A DNA stretch of 64,000 bases from Eledone cirrhosa (taxonomy: Eukaryota), in contig OZ024748.1 in assembly GCA_964016885.1 (NCBI GenBank), positions 46,252,001-46,316,000 on the forward strand, written 5' to 3'. Under the pieces are notes generated by a model. It saw only the letters and a program-made list of their open reading frames with translations, searched no databases and was not told the DNA's origin. Below are positions 35,301-46,178 of this stretch, one piece after another. Each line of letters begins with the position of its first letter. Position 1 is the first letter of the stretch. The position numbers and the translations under genes were made by a program.

Positions 35301-38300
35301 TCTGTTGTTCTTGGTAGTGCTGCTTCTGTTGTTGGTGTTGGTAGTGTTGGTTCCGTTGTTGTTGGAAGTGATGGTTCTGTTGTTGTTGGTAGTGTTGGTT
35401 CTGTTGTTGTTGGTAGTGTTGGTTCTGTTGTTGTTGGTAGTGCTGCTTCTGTTGTTGGTGTTGGTAGTGTTCGTTCTGTTGTTGTTGGAAGTGATGGTTC
35501 TGTTGTTGTTGGAAGTGATGGTTCTCTTGTTCTTGGTAGTGTTGCTTCTGTTGTTGTTGGAAGTGATGGTTCTGTTGTTGTTGGTAGTGTTGGTTCTGTT
35601 GTTGTTGGTAGTGCTGCTTCTGTTGTTGGTGTTGGTAGTGTTCGTTCTGTTGTTGTTGGAAGTGATGGTTCTGTTGTTGTTGGAAGTGATGGTTCTCTTG
35701 TTCTTGGTAGTGTTGCTTCTGTTGTTGTTGGAAGTGATGGTTCTGTTGTTGTTGGTAGTGTTGGTTCTGTTGTTGTTTGTAGTGCTGCTTCTGTTGTTGG
35801 TGTTGGTATTGTTGGTTCCGTTGTTGTTGGTAGTGATGGTTCTGTTGTTGTTGGTAGTGTTGGTTCTGTTGTTGTTGGTAGTGCTGCTTCTGTTGTTGGT
35901 GTTGGTAGTGTTGGTTCTGTTGTTGTTGGAAGTGATGGTTCTGTTGTTGTTGGTAGTGTTGGTTCTGTTGTTGTTGGTAGTGTTAGTTCAGTTGTTGTTG
36001 GTAGTGTTGGTTCTGTTGTTGTTGGTAGTGCTGCTTCTGTTGTTGGTGTTGGTAGTGTTGGTTCTGTTGTTGTTGGAAGTGATGGTTCAGTTGTTGTTGG
36101 TAGTGTTGGTTCTGTTGTCGTTGGTAGTGTTGGTTCTGTTGCTGTTGGTAGTGCTGCTTCTGATGTTGGTGTTGGTAGTGTTGGTTCTGTTGTTGTTGGA
36201 AGTGATGGTTCTGTTGTTGTTGGTAGTGTTGGTTCTGTTGTTGTTGGTAGTGTTGGTTCTGTTGTTGTTGTAGGTAGTGTTGGTTCTTTTGTTGTTGGAA
36301 GTGATGGTTCTGTTGTTTTTGGAAGTGATGGTTCTGTTGTTGGAAGTGATGGTTCTGTTGTTGTTGGTAGTGTTGCTTCTGTTGTTGTTGGTAGTGTGGG
36401 TTCTGTTGTTGTTGGTAGTGTTGGTTCTGTTGTTGTTCGTAGTGTTGTTTCTGTTGTTGTTGGTAGTGTTGGTTTTGTTGTTGTTGTTGGTAGTGTTGGT
36501 TCTGTTGTTGTTGGTAGTGTTGGTTCTGTTGTTGTTGGTAGTGTTGGTTCTGTTGTTGTTGGTAGTGTTGGTTCTATTGTTGTTGATAGTGTTGGTTCTT
36601 TTATTGTAGGTAGTGTTGGTTCTGTTGTTGTTGGTCGTGTTGGTTCTGTTGTTGTTGGTAGTGTAGGTTCTGTTGTTGTTGGTCGTGTTGGTTCTGTTGT
36701 TGTTGTTAGTGATGGTTCTATTGTTGTTGGTAGTGTTGGTTCTTTTATTGTAGGTAGTGTTGGTTCTGTTGTTGTTGGTCGTGTTGGGTCTGTTGTTGTT
36801 GGTAGTGTAGGTTCTGTTGTTGTTGGTAGTGTTGGTTCTATTGTTGTTGGTCGTGTTGGTTCTGTTGTTGTTGGTAGTGCTGGTTCTATTGTTGTTGGTA
36901 GTGTTGGTTCTGTTGTTGTTGGTAGTGTTGGTTCTGTTGTTGTTGGTAGTGTTGGTTCTGTTGTTGTTGGTAGTGTAGGTTCTGTTGTTGTTGGTAGTGT
37001 TGGTTCTGTTGTTGTTGGTAGTGTTGGTTCTGTTGTTGTTTGTAGTGATGGTTCTATTGTTGTTGGTAGTGTTGGTTCTGTTGTTGTTGGTAGTGTAGGT
37101 TCTGTTGTTGTTTGTAGTGATGGTTCTATTGTTGTTAGTAGTGTTGGTTCTGTTGTTGTTGGTCGTGTTGGTTCTGTTGTTGTTGGTGGTGTAGGTTCTG
37201 TTGTTGTTGGTAGTGTTGGTTCTGTTGTTGTTGGTAGTGTTGGTTCTGTTGTTGTTTGTAGTGATGGTTCTATTGTTGTTGGTAGTGTTGGTTCTGTTGT
37301 TGTTGGTCGTGTTGGTTCTGTTGTTGTTGGTAGTGTTGGTTCTGTTGTTGTTGGTAGTGTTGGTTCTGTTGTTGTTGGTAGTGTTGGTTCTGTTGTTGTT
37401 TGTAGTGTAGGTTCTGTTGTTGTTGGTAGTGTTGGTTCTATTGTTGTTGGTAGTGTTGGTTCTGTTGTTGTTGGTAGTGTAGGTTCTGTTGTTGTTTGTA
37501 GTGATGGTTCTATTGTTGTTGGTAGTGTTGGTTCTGTTGTTGTTGGTCGTGTTGGTTCTGTTGTTGTTGGTGGTGTAGGTTCTGTTGTTGTTGGTAGTGT
37601 TGGTTCTGTTGTTGTTGGTAGTGTTGGTTCTGTTGTTGTTGGTAGTGTTGGTTCTGTTGTTGTTGGTAGTGTTGGTTCTGTTGTTGTTGGTAGTGTTGGT
37701 TCTGTTGTTGTTGGTAGTGTAGGTTCTGTTGTTGTTGGTAGTGTTGGTTCTATTGTTGTTGGTCGTGTTGGTTCTGTTGTTGTTGGTAGTGTTGGTTCTG
37801 TTGTTGTTGGCAGTGTAGGTTCTGTGGCTGTTGTTCGTCGTGTTGGTTCTGTTGTTGTTGGTAGTGATGGTTCTATTGTTGTTGGTAGTGTTGTTTCTGT
37901 TGTTGTTTGTAGTGATGGTTCTGTTGTTGTTGGTAGTGTTGGTTCTGTTGTTGTTGGTAGTGTTGGTTCTGTTGTTGTTGGTAGTGTTGGTTCTGTTGTT
38001 GTTCGTAGTGTAGGTTCTGTTGTTGTTGTTGGTAGTGTAGGTTCTGTTGTTGTTGTTGGTAGTGTTGGTTCTGTTGTTGTAGGTAGTGTTGATTCTGTTG
38101 TTGATGGCAGTGTAGGTTCTGTTGTTGTTTGTAGTGATGGTTCTATTGTTGTTGGTAGTGTTGGTTCTGTTGTTGTTTGTAGTGATGGTTCTGTTGTTGT
38201 TGGTAGTGTTGGTTCTGTTGTTGTTGGTAGTGTTGGTTCTGTTGTTGTTGGTAGTGTTGGTTCTGTTGTTGTTGGTAGTGTTGGTTCTGTTGTTGTTGGT

Positions 38301-41300
38301 AGTGTTGGTTCTATTGTTGTTGGTAGTATTGGTTCTGTTGTTGTTGGTAGTGTTGGTTCTGTTGTTGTTGGTAGTGTAGGTTCTGTTGTTGTTGTTGGTA
38401 GTGCAGGTTCTGTTGTTGTTGTTGGTAGTGTTGGTTCTATTGTTGTTGGTAGTGTTGGTTCTTTTGTTGTAGGTAGTGTTGGTTCTGTTGTTGTTTGTAG
38501 TGATGGTTCTATTGTTGTTGGTCGTGTTGGTTCTGTTGTTGTTGGTAGTGTTGGTTCTTTTGTTGTAGGTAGTGTTGGTTCTGTTGTTGTCGTTGGTAGT
38601 GTTGGTTCTGTTGTTGTTGGTAGTGTTGGTTCTTTTGTTGTAGGTAGTGTTGGTTCTGTTGTTGTTTGTAGAGATGGTTCTATTGTTGTTGGTAGTGTTG
38701 CTTCTGTTTTTGTTGGTAGTGTTGGTTCTGTTGTTGTTCGTAGTGTTGGTTCTGTTGTTGTTGGTAGTGTTGGTTCTTTTGTTGTAGGTAGTGTTGGTTC
38801 TGATGTTGTTGTTGGTAGTGTTGGTTCTGTTGTTGTTGGTAGTGTTGGTTCTGTTGTTGTAGGTAGTGATGGTTCTATTGTTGTAGGTAGTGTTGGTTCT
38901 GTTGTTGTTGGTAGTGTTGCTTCTGTTGTTGTTGGTAGTGTTGGTTCTTTTATTGTATGTAGTGTTGGTTCTTTTGTTGTTGGTAGTGTTGGTTCTGTTG
39001 TTGTTGGTAGTGTTGGTTCTGTTGTTGTTGTTGGTAGTGTTGGTTCTGTTGTTGTTGGTAGTGTTGGTTCTGTTGTTGTTGGTAGTGTAGGTTCTGTTGT
39101 TGTTGTTGGTAGTGTTGGTTCTGTTGTTGTAGGTAGTGTTGGTTCTGTTGTTGTTGGTAGTGTAGGTTCTGTTGTTGTTGTTGGTAGTGCAGGTTCTGTT
39201 GTTGTTGTTGGTAGTGTTGGTTCTGTTGTTGTTGGTAGTGTTGGTTCTTTTGTTGTTGTTGGTACTGTTGGTTCTGTTGTTGTTGGTAGTGTTGGTTCTT
39301 TTGTTGTAGGTAGTGTTGGTTCTTTTGTTGTTGGTAGTGTTGGTTCTGTTGTTGTTGGTAGTGTTGGTTCTGTTGTTGTTGTTGGTAGTGTTGGTTCTGT
39401 TGTTGTTGGTAGTGTTGGTCCTTTTGTTGTAGGTAGTGTTGGTTCTTTTGTTGTTGGTAGTGTTGGTTCTGTTGTTGTTGGTAGTGTTGGTTCTGTAGTT
39501 GTTGGTAGTGTTGGTTCTGTTGTTGTTGATAGTGTTGGTTCTGTTGTTGTTGGTAGTGTTGGTTCTATTGTTGTTGGTAGTGTTGTTTCTGTAGTTGATG
39601 GTAGTGTTGGTTCTGTTGTTGTTGGTAGTGTTGGTTCTGTTGTTGTTGGTAGTGTTGGCTCTGTTGTTGTTGGTAGTGATGGTTTTGTACTTGTTGGTAG
39701 TGTTGGTTCTGTTGTTGTTGTCGGTAGTGTTGGTTCTGTTGTTGTTGGTAGTGTTGGTTCTGTTGTTGTTGTTGGTAGTGTTGGTCCTGTTGTTGTTGGT
39801 AGCGTTGGTTCTGTTGTTGTTGGTAGTGTAGGTTCTGTTGTTGTTGTTGGAAGTGTTGGTTCTGTTGTTGTAGGTAGTGTTGATTCTGTTGTTGTTGGTA
39901 GTGTAGGTTCTGTTGTTGTAGTTAGTGTTGATTCTGTTGTTGTTGGTAGTGATGGTTCTGTTGTTGTTGGTAGTGTAGGTACGGTTATTGTATTTTGTAG
40001 TGTTGGTTCTGTTGTTGTTGGTAGTGTTGGATCTGTTGTTGTTGGTAGTGTAGGTTCTGTTGTTGTTGGTAGTGTTGGTTCTGTTGTTGTTGGTAGTGTT
40101 GGTTCTGTTGTTGTTGTTGGTAGTGTTGGTTCTGTTGTTGTTGGTAGTGTTGGTTCTGTTGTTGTTGGTAGTGTTGGTTCTGTTGTTGTTGGTAGTGTAG
40201 GTTCTGTTGTTGTTGTTGGTTCTGTTGTTGTTGTTGGTAGTGTTGGTTCTGTTGCTGTTGTTGTTAGTGTTGGTTCTGTTGTTGTTGGTAGTGTTGGTTC
40301 TGTTGTTGTTGGTAGTGTTGGTTCTGTTGTTGTTGGTAGTGTTGGTTCTGTTGTTGTTGGTTGTGTAGATTCTGTTGTTGTTGGTAGTGTAGGTTCTGTT
40401 GTTGTTTTTGGTAGTGTTGGTTCTGTTGTTGTTGGTAGTGTTGGTTCTGTTGTTGTTGGTAGTCTGGGTTCTGTTGTTGTTGGTAGTGTTGGTTCTGTTG
40501 TTGTTGGTAGTGTTGGTTCTGTTGTTGTTGTTGGTAGTGTTGGTTCTGTTGTTGTTGGTAGTGTTGGTTCTGTTGTTGTTGTTGGTAGTGTTGGTTCTGT
40601 TGTTGTTTTTAGTGTTGGTTCTGTTGTTGTTGGTAGTGTTGGTTCTGTTGTTGTTGGTAGTGTTGGTTCTGTTGTTGTTGGTAGTGTTGGTTCTGTTGTT
40701 GTTGGAAGTGTTGGTTCTGCTGTTGTTGTTGGTAGTGTTGGTTCTGTTGTTGTTGGTAGTGTTGGTTCTGTTGTTGTTGGTAGTGTTGGTTCTGTTGTTG
40801 TTGGTAGTGTTGGTTCTGTTGTTGTTGTTGGTAGTGTTGGTTCTGTTGTTGTTGGTAGTGTAGGTTCTGTTGTTGTTGTTGGTAGTGTTGGTTCTGTTGT
40901 TGTTGGTAGTGTTGGTTCTGTTGTTGTTGGTAGTGTTGGTTCTGTTGTTGTTGTTGTCGGTAGTGTTGGTTCTGTTGTTGTTGGCAGTGTTGGTTCTGAT
41001 GTTGTTGGTAGTGTTGGTTCTGTTGTTGTTGGTAGTGATGGTTCTATTGTTGTTGGTAGTGTTGGTTCTGTTGTTGTTGTTGGTAGTGTTGGTTCTGTTG
41101 TTGTTGGTAGTGTTGGTTCTGTTGTTGTTGTTGGTAGTGTTTGTTCTGTTGTTGTAGGTAGTGTTGGTTCTGTTGTTGTTGGTAGTGTAGGTTCTGTTGT
41201 TGTTGATAGTGTTGGTTCGGTTGTTGTTGGTAGTGTTAGTTCTGTTGTTGGTAGTATACGTTCTGTTGTTGTTGTTGGTAGTGTTGGTTCTGTTGTTGTT

Positions 41301-44300
41301 GGTAGTGTAGGTTCTGTTGTTGTTGGTAGGATTGGTTCTGTTGTTGTTGGTAGTGTTGGTTCTGTTGTTGGTAGTGTTGGTTCTGTTGTTGTTGGTAGTG
41401 TAGGTTCTATTGTTGTTGTTGGTAGTGTTGGTTCTGTTGTTGTTGGGAGTGTTGGTTCTGTTGTTGTTGGTAGTGTTGCTTCTGTTGTTGTTGTTGGTAG
41501 TGTTGGTTCTGTTGTTGTTGGTAGTGTTGGTTCTGTTGTTGTTGGTAGTGTTGGTTCTGTTGTTGTGTTTGGTTGTGTTGGTTCTGTGGTTGTGTTTGGT
41601 AGTGTTGGTTCTGTTGTTGTTGGTAGTGTTGGTTCTGTTGTTGTGTTTGGTTGTGTTGGTTCTGTGGCTGTGTTTGGTAGTGTTGGTTCTGTGGTTGTTG
41701 GTAGTGTTGGTTCTGTTGCTGTTGTTGGTAGTGTTGGTTCTGTTGTTGTTGGTAGTGTTGGTTCTGTTGTTGTTGGTAGTGTTGGTTCTGTTGTTGTGTT
41801 TGGTTGTGTTGGTTCTGTGGTTGTGTTTGGTAGTGTTGGTTCTGTGGTTGTTGGTAGTGTTGGTTCTGTTGCTGTTGTTGGTAGTGTTGGTTCTGTTGTT
41901 GTTGGTAGTGTTGGTTCTGTTGTTGTTGGGAGTGTTGGTTCTGTTGTTGTTGGTAGTGTTGGTTCTGTTGTTGTTGTTGGTAGTGTTGGTTCTGTTGTTG
42001 TTGGTAGTGTTGGTTCTGTTGTTGTTGGTAGTGTTGGTTCTGTTGTTGTTGGGAGTGTTGGTTCTGTTGTTGTTGGTAGTGTTGGTTCTGTTGTTGCTGT
42101 TGGTGGTGTTGGTTCTGTTAGTGTTGGTAGTGTTGGTTCTTTTGTTGTTGTTGGTAATGTTGGTTCTGTTGTTGTTGCTAGTGTTGGTTCTGTTGTTATT
42201 GGTAGTGTTGGTTCTGTTGTTGTTGGTAGTGTTGGTTCTGTTGTTATTGGTAGTGTTAGTTCTCTTGTTGTTGTTGGTAGTGTTGGTTCTGTTGTTGTTG
42301 GTAGTGTTGGTTCTGCTGTTGTTGTTGGTAGTGTTGGTTCTGTTGTTGTTGTTGGTAGTGTTGGTTCTGTTGTTGTTGGGAGTGTTGGTTCTGTTGTTGT
42401 TGGTAGTGTTGGTTCTGTTGTTGTTGTTGGTAGTGTTGGTTCTGTTGTTGTTGGTAGCGTTGGTTCTGTTGTTGTTGGTAGTGTTGGTTCTGTTGTTGTT
42501 GGTAGTGTAGGTTCTGTTGTTGTTTTTGGTTCTGTTGTTGTTGTTGGTAGTGTTGGTTCTGTTGCTGTTGTTGTTAGTGTTGGTTCTGTTGTTGTTGGTA
42601 GTGTTGGTTCTGTTGTTGTTGGTAGTGTTGGTTCTGTTGTTGTTGGTAGTGTTGGTTCTGTTGTTGTTGGTTGTGTAGATTCTGTTGTTGTTGGTAGTGT
42701 AGGTTCTGTTGTTGTTTTTGGTAGTGTTGGTTCTGTTGTTGTTGGTAGTGTTGGTTCTGTTGTTGTTGGTAGTCTGGGTTCTGTTGTTGTTGGTAGTGTT
42801 GGTTCTGTTGTTGTTGGTAGTGTTGGTTCTGTTGTTGTTGTTGGTAGTGTTGGTTCTGTTGTTGTTGGTAGTGTTGGTTCTGTTGTTGTTGTTGGTAGTG
42901 TTGGTTCTGTTGTTGTTTTTAGTGTTGGTTCTGTTGTTGTTGGTAGTGTTGGTTCTGTTGTTGTTGGTAGTGTTGGTTCTGTTGTTGTTGGTAGTGTTGG
43001 TTCTGTTGTTGTTGGAAGTGTTGGTTCTGCTGTTGTTGTTGGTAGTGTTGGTTCTGTTGTTGTTGGTAGTGTTGGTCCTGTTGTTGTTGGTAGTGTTGGT
43101 TCTGTTGTTGTTGGTAGTGTTGGTTCTGTTGTTGTTGTTGGTAGTGTTGGTTCTGTTGTTGTTGGTAGTGTAGGTTCTGTTGTTGTTGTTGATAGTGTTG
43201 GTTCTGTTGTTGTTGGTAGTGTTGGTTCTGTTGTTGTTGGCAGTGTTGGTTCTGATGTTGTTGGTAGTGTTGGTTCTGTTGTTGTTGGTAGTGATGGTTC
43301 TATTGTTGTTGGTAGTGTTGGTTCTGTTGTTGTTGTTGGTAGTGTTGGTTCTGTTGTTGTTGGTAGTGTTGGTTCTGTTGTTGTTGTTGGTAGTGTTTGT
43401 TCTGTTGTTGTAGGTAGTGTTGGTTCTGTTGTTGTTGGTAGTGTAGGTTCTGTTGTTGTTGATAGTGTTGGTTCGGTTGTTGTTGGTAGTGTTAGTTCTG
43501 TTGTTGGTAGTATACGTTCTGTTGTTGTTGTTGGTAGTGTTGGTTCTGTTGTTGTTGGTAGTGTAGGTTCTGTTGTTGTTGGTAGGATTGGTTCTGTTGT
43601 TGTTGGTAGTGTTGGTTCTGTTGTTGGTAGTATTGGTTCTGTTGTTGTTGGTAGTGTAGGTTCTATTGTTGTTGTTGGTAGTGTTGGTTCTGTTGTTGTT
43701 GGTAGTGTTGGTTCTGTTGTTGTTGTTGGTAGTGTTGGTTCTGTTGTTGTTGTTGGTACTGTTGGTTCGGTTGTTGTTGGTAGTGTTGGTTCTGTTGTTG
43801 TTGGTAGTGTTGGTTCTGTTGTTGTTGTTGGTAGTGTTGGTTCGATTGTTGTTGGTAGCGTTGGTTCTGTTGTTGTTGGTAGTGTTGGTTCTGTTGTTGT
43901 TGGTAGTGTTGGTTCTGTTGTTGTTGGTAGTGTAGGTTCTGTTGTTGTTGGTAGTGTTGGTTCTGTTGTTGTTGTTGGTAGTGTTGGTTCGGTTGTTGTT
44001 GGTAGTGTTGGTTCTGTTGTTGTTGTTAGTGTTGGTTCTGTTGTTGTTGGTAGTGTTGGTTCTGCTGTTGTTGTTGGTAGTGTTGGTTCTGTTGTTGTTG
44101 TTGGTAGTGTTGGTTCTGTTGTTGTTGGTAGTGTTGGTTCTGTTGTTGTTGGTAGTGTAGGTTCTGTTGTTGTTGTTGGTAGTGTTGGTTCTGTTGTTGT
44201 TGGTAGTGTTGGTTCTGTTGTTGTTGGTAGTGTTGGTTCTGTTGTTGTTGTTGATAGTGTTGGTTCTGTTGTTGTTGGTAGTGTTGGTTCTGTTGTTGTT

Positions 44301-45978
44301 GGTAGTGTAGGTTCTGTTGTTGTTGGTAGTGTTGGTTCTGTTGTTGTTGGTAGTGTTGGTTCTGTTGTTGTTGGTAGTGCTGCCTCTGTTGTTGGTGTTG
44401 GTAGTGTTGGTTCTGTTGTTGTTGGTAGTGTTGGTTCTGTTGTTGTTGGTAGTGTTGGTTCTGTTGTTGTTGGTAGTGTTGGTTCTGTTCTTGTTGGTAG
44501 TGTAGGTTCTGTTGTTGTTGTTGGTAGTGTTGGTTCTGTGGTTGTTGGTAGTGTTGGTTCTGTTGTTGTTGGTAGTGTTGGTTCTGTTGTTGTTGTTGAT
44601 ATTTTAGGTTCTGTTGTTGTTGTTGGTAGTGTTGGTTCTGTTGTTGTTGTTGGTAGTGTTGGTTCTGTTGTTGTTGGTAGTGTAGGTTCTGTGGTTGTTG
44701 TTGGTAGTGTAGGTTCTGTTGTTGTTGGTAGTGTTGGTTCTGTGGTTGTTGGTAGTGTTGGTTCTGTTGTTGTTGGTAGCGTAGGTTCTGTTGTTGTTGG
44801 AAGTGTAGGTTCTGTTGTTGTTGTTGTTAGTGTAGGTTCTGTTGTTGTTGGTAGTGTTGGTTCTGTTGTTGTTGGTAGTGTTGGTTCTGTTGTTGGTGGT
44901 AGTGTTGGTTCTGTTGTTGTTGTTGGTAGTGTTGGTTCTGTTGTTGTTGGTAGTGTTGGTTCTGTTGTTGTTGGTAGTGTAGGTTCTGTGGCTGTTGTTG
45001 GTAGTGTTGGTTCTGTTGTTGTTGGTAGTGTTGGTTCTATTGTTGTTGGTAGTGTAGGTTCTGTTGTTGTTGTTGGTAGTGTTGGTTCTGTTGTTGTTGG
45101 TAGTGTAGGTTCTGTTGTTGTTGGTAGTGTAGGTTCTGTTGTTGTTTTTGGTAGTGTTGGTTCTGTTGTTGTTGGTAGTGTTGGTTCTGTTGTTGTTGGT
45201 AGTGTTGGTTCTGTTGTTGTTGGTAGTGTTGGTTCTGTTGTTGTTGGTAGTGTTGGTTCTGTTGTTGTTGTTGGTAGTGTTGGTTCTGTTGTTGTTGGTA
45301 GTGTTGGTTCTGTTGTTGTTGTTGGTAGTGTTGGTTCTGTTGTTGTTTTTAGTGTTGTTTCTGTTGTTGTTGGTAGTGTTGGTTCTGTTGTTGTTGGTAG
45401 TGTTGGTTCTGTTGTTGTTGGTAGTGTTGGTTCTGTTGTTGTTGGTAGTGTTGATTCTGCTGTTGTTGTTGGTAGTGTTGGTTCTGTTGTTGTTGGTAGT
45501 GTTGGTTCTGTTGTTGTTGGTAGTGTTGGTTCTGTTGTTGTTGGTAGTGTTGGTTCTGTTGTTGTTGTTGGTAGTGTTGGTTCTGTTGTTGTTGGTAGTG
45601 TAGGTTCTGTTGTTGTTGTTGGTAGTGTTGGTTCTGTTGTTGTTGGTAGTGTTGGTTCTGTTGTTGTTGGTAGTGTTGGTTCTGTTGTTGTTGTTGTTGG
45701 TAGTGTTGGTTCTGTTGTTGTTGGTAGTGTTGGTTCTGTTGTTGTTGGTAGTGTTGGTTCTGTTGTTGTTGGTATTGATGGTTCTATTGTTGTTGGTAGT
45801 GTTGGTGCTGTTGTTGTTGTTGGTAGTGTTGGTTCTGTTGTTGTTGGTAGTGTTGGTTCTGTTTTTGTTGTTGGTAGTGTTTGTTCTGTTGTTTTAGGTA
45901 TTGTTGGTTTTGTTGTTGTTGGTAGTGTAGGTTCTGTTGTTGTTGATGGTGTTGGTTCTGTTGTTGTTGGTAGTGTTG
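5389..45978 (-). CDS. Giant mucin-like gene, Thr/Pro tandem-repeat coding region, 3' part: ~34 kb (TTTEPTLP)n then ~6.6 kb (LPTTTTT)n, ending ...TTITTEVLKTTTPFPRI at a splice donor
   Basis: Absent from the ORF track, apparently because it lacks a usable in-frame start codon. A stop in this minus frame would need a TAx/CAx codon (Y, H, Q or stop) in the overlapping plus ORF 5256..46199, and none is visible after its first ~45 aa. Ends at plus-strand ACTTAC 5383-5388 (= GTAAGT donor), phase 1, matching the next exon. Confidence 0.9.
5460..12090 (-). repeat. Coding minisatellite, 21-bp unit (+/-3 bp) encoding LPTTTTT, about 310 units
   Basis: Visible periodicity; same unit as 52245-64000. Confidence 0.95.
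12100..45978 (-). repeat. Coding minisatellite, 24-bp unit (plus GGTAGTGTTGGTTCTGTTGTTGTT, +/-3 bp) encoding TTTEPTLP, about 1400 units
   Basis: Reverse complement ACA ACA ACA GAA CCA ACA CTA CCA; visible periodicity; copy number estimated as length/24. Confidence 0.95.
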
Positions 45979-46178
45979 NNNNNNNNNNNNNNNNNNNNNN
46001 NNNNNNNNNNNNNNNNNNNNNNNNNNNNNNNNNNNNNNNNNNNNNNNNNNNNNNNNNNNNNNNNNNNNNNNNNNNNNNNNNNNNNNNNNNNNNNNNNNNN
46101 NNNNNNNNNNNNNNNNNNNNNNNNNNNNNNNNNNNNNNNNNNNNNNNNNNNNNNNNNNNNNNNNNNNNNNNNNNNNNN
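45979..46178. other. Assembly gap (200 N) inside the mucin repeat region
   Basis: Run of exactly 200 N; the round length suggests a placeholder, and it produces an apparent frameshift between the two coding segments. Confidence 0.99.

Noticed and set aside
12082-45897. Many Leu/Val-only plus-strand ORFs
   Set aside because: Alternate frame of the GTT-rich repeat, broken wherever a GTAG variant creates TAG; no coding signal
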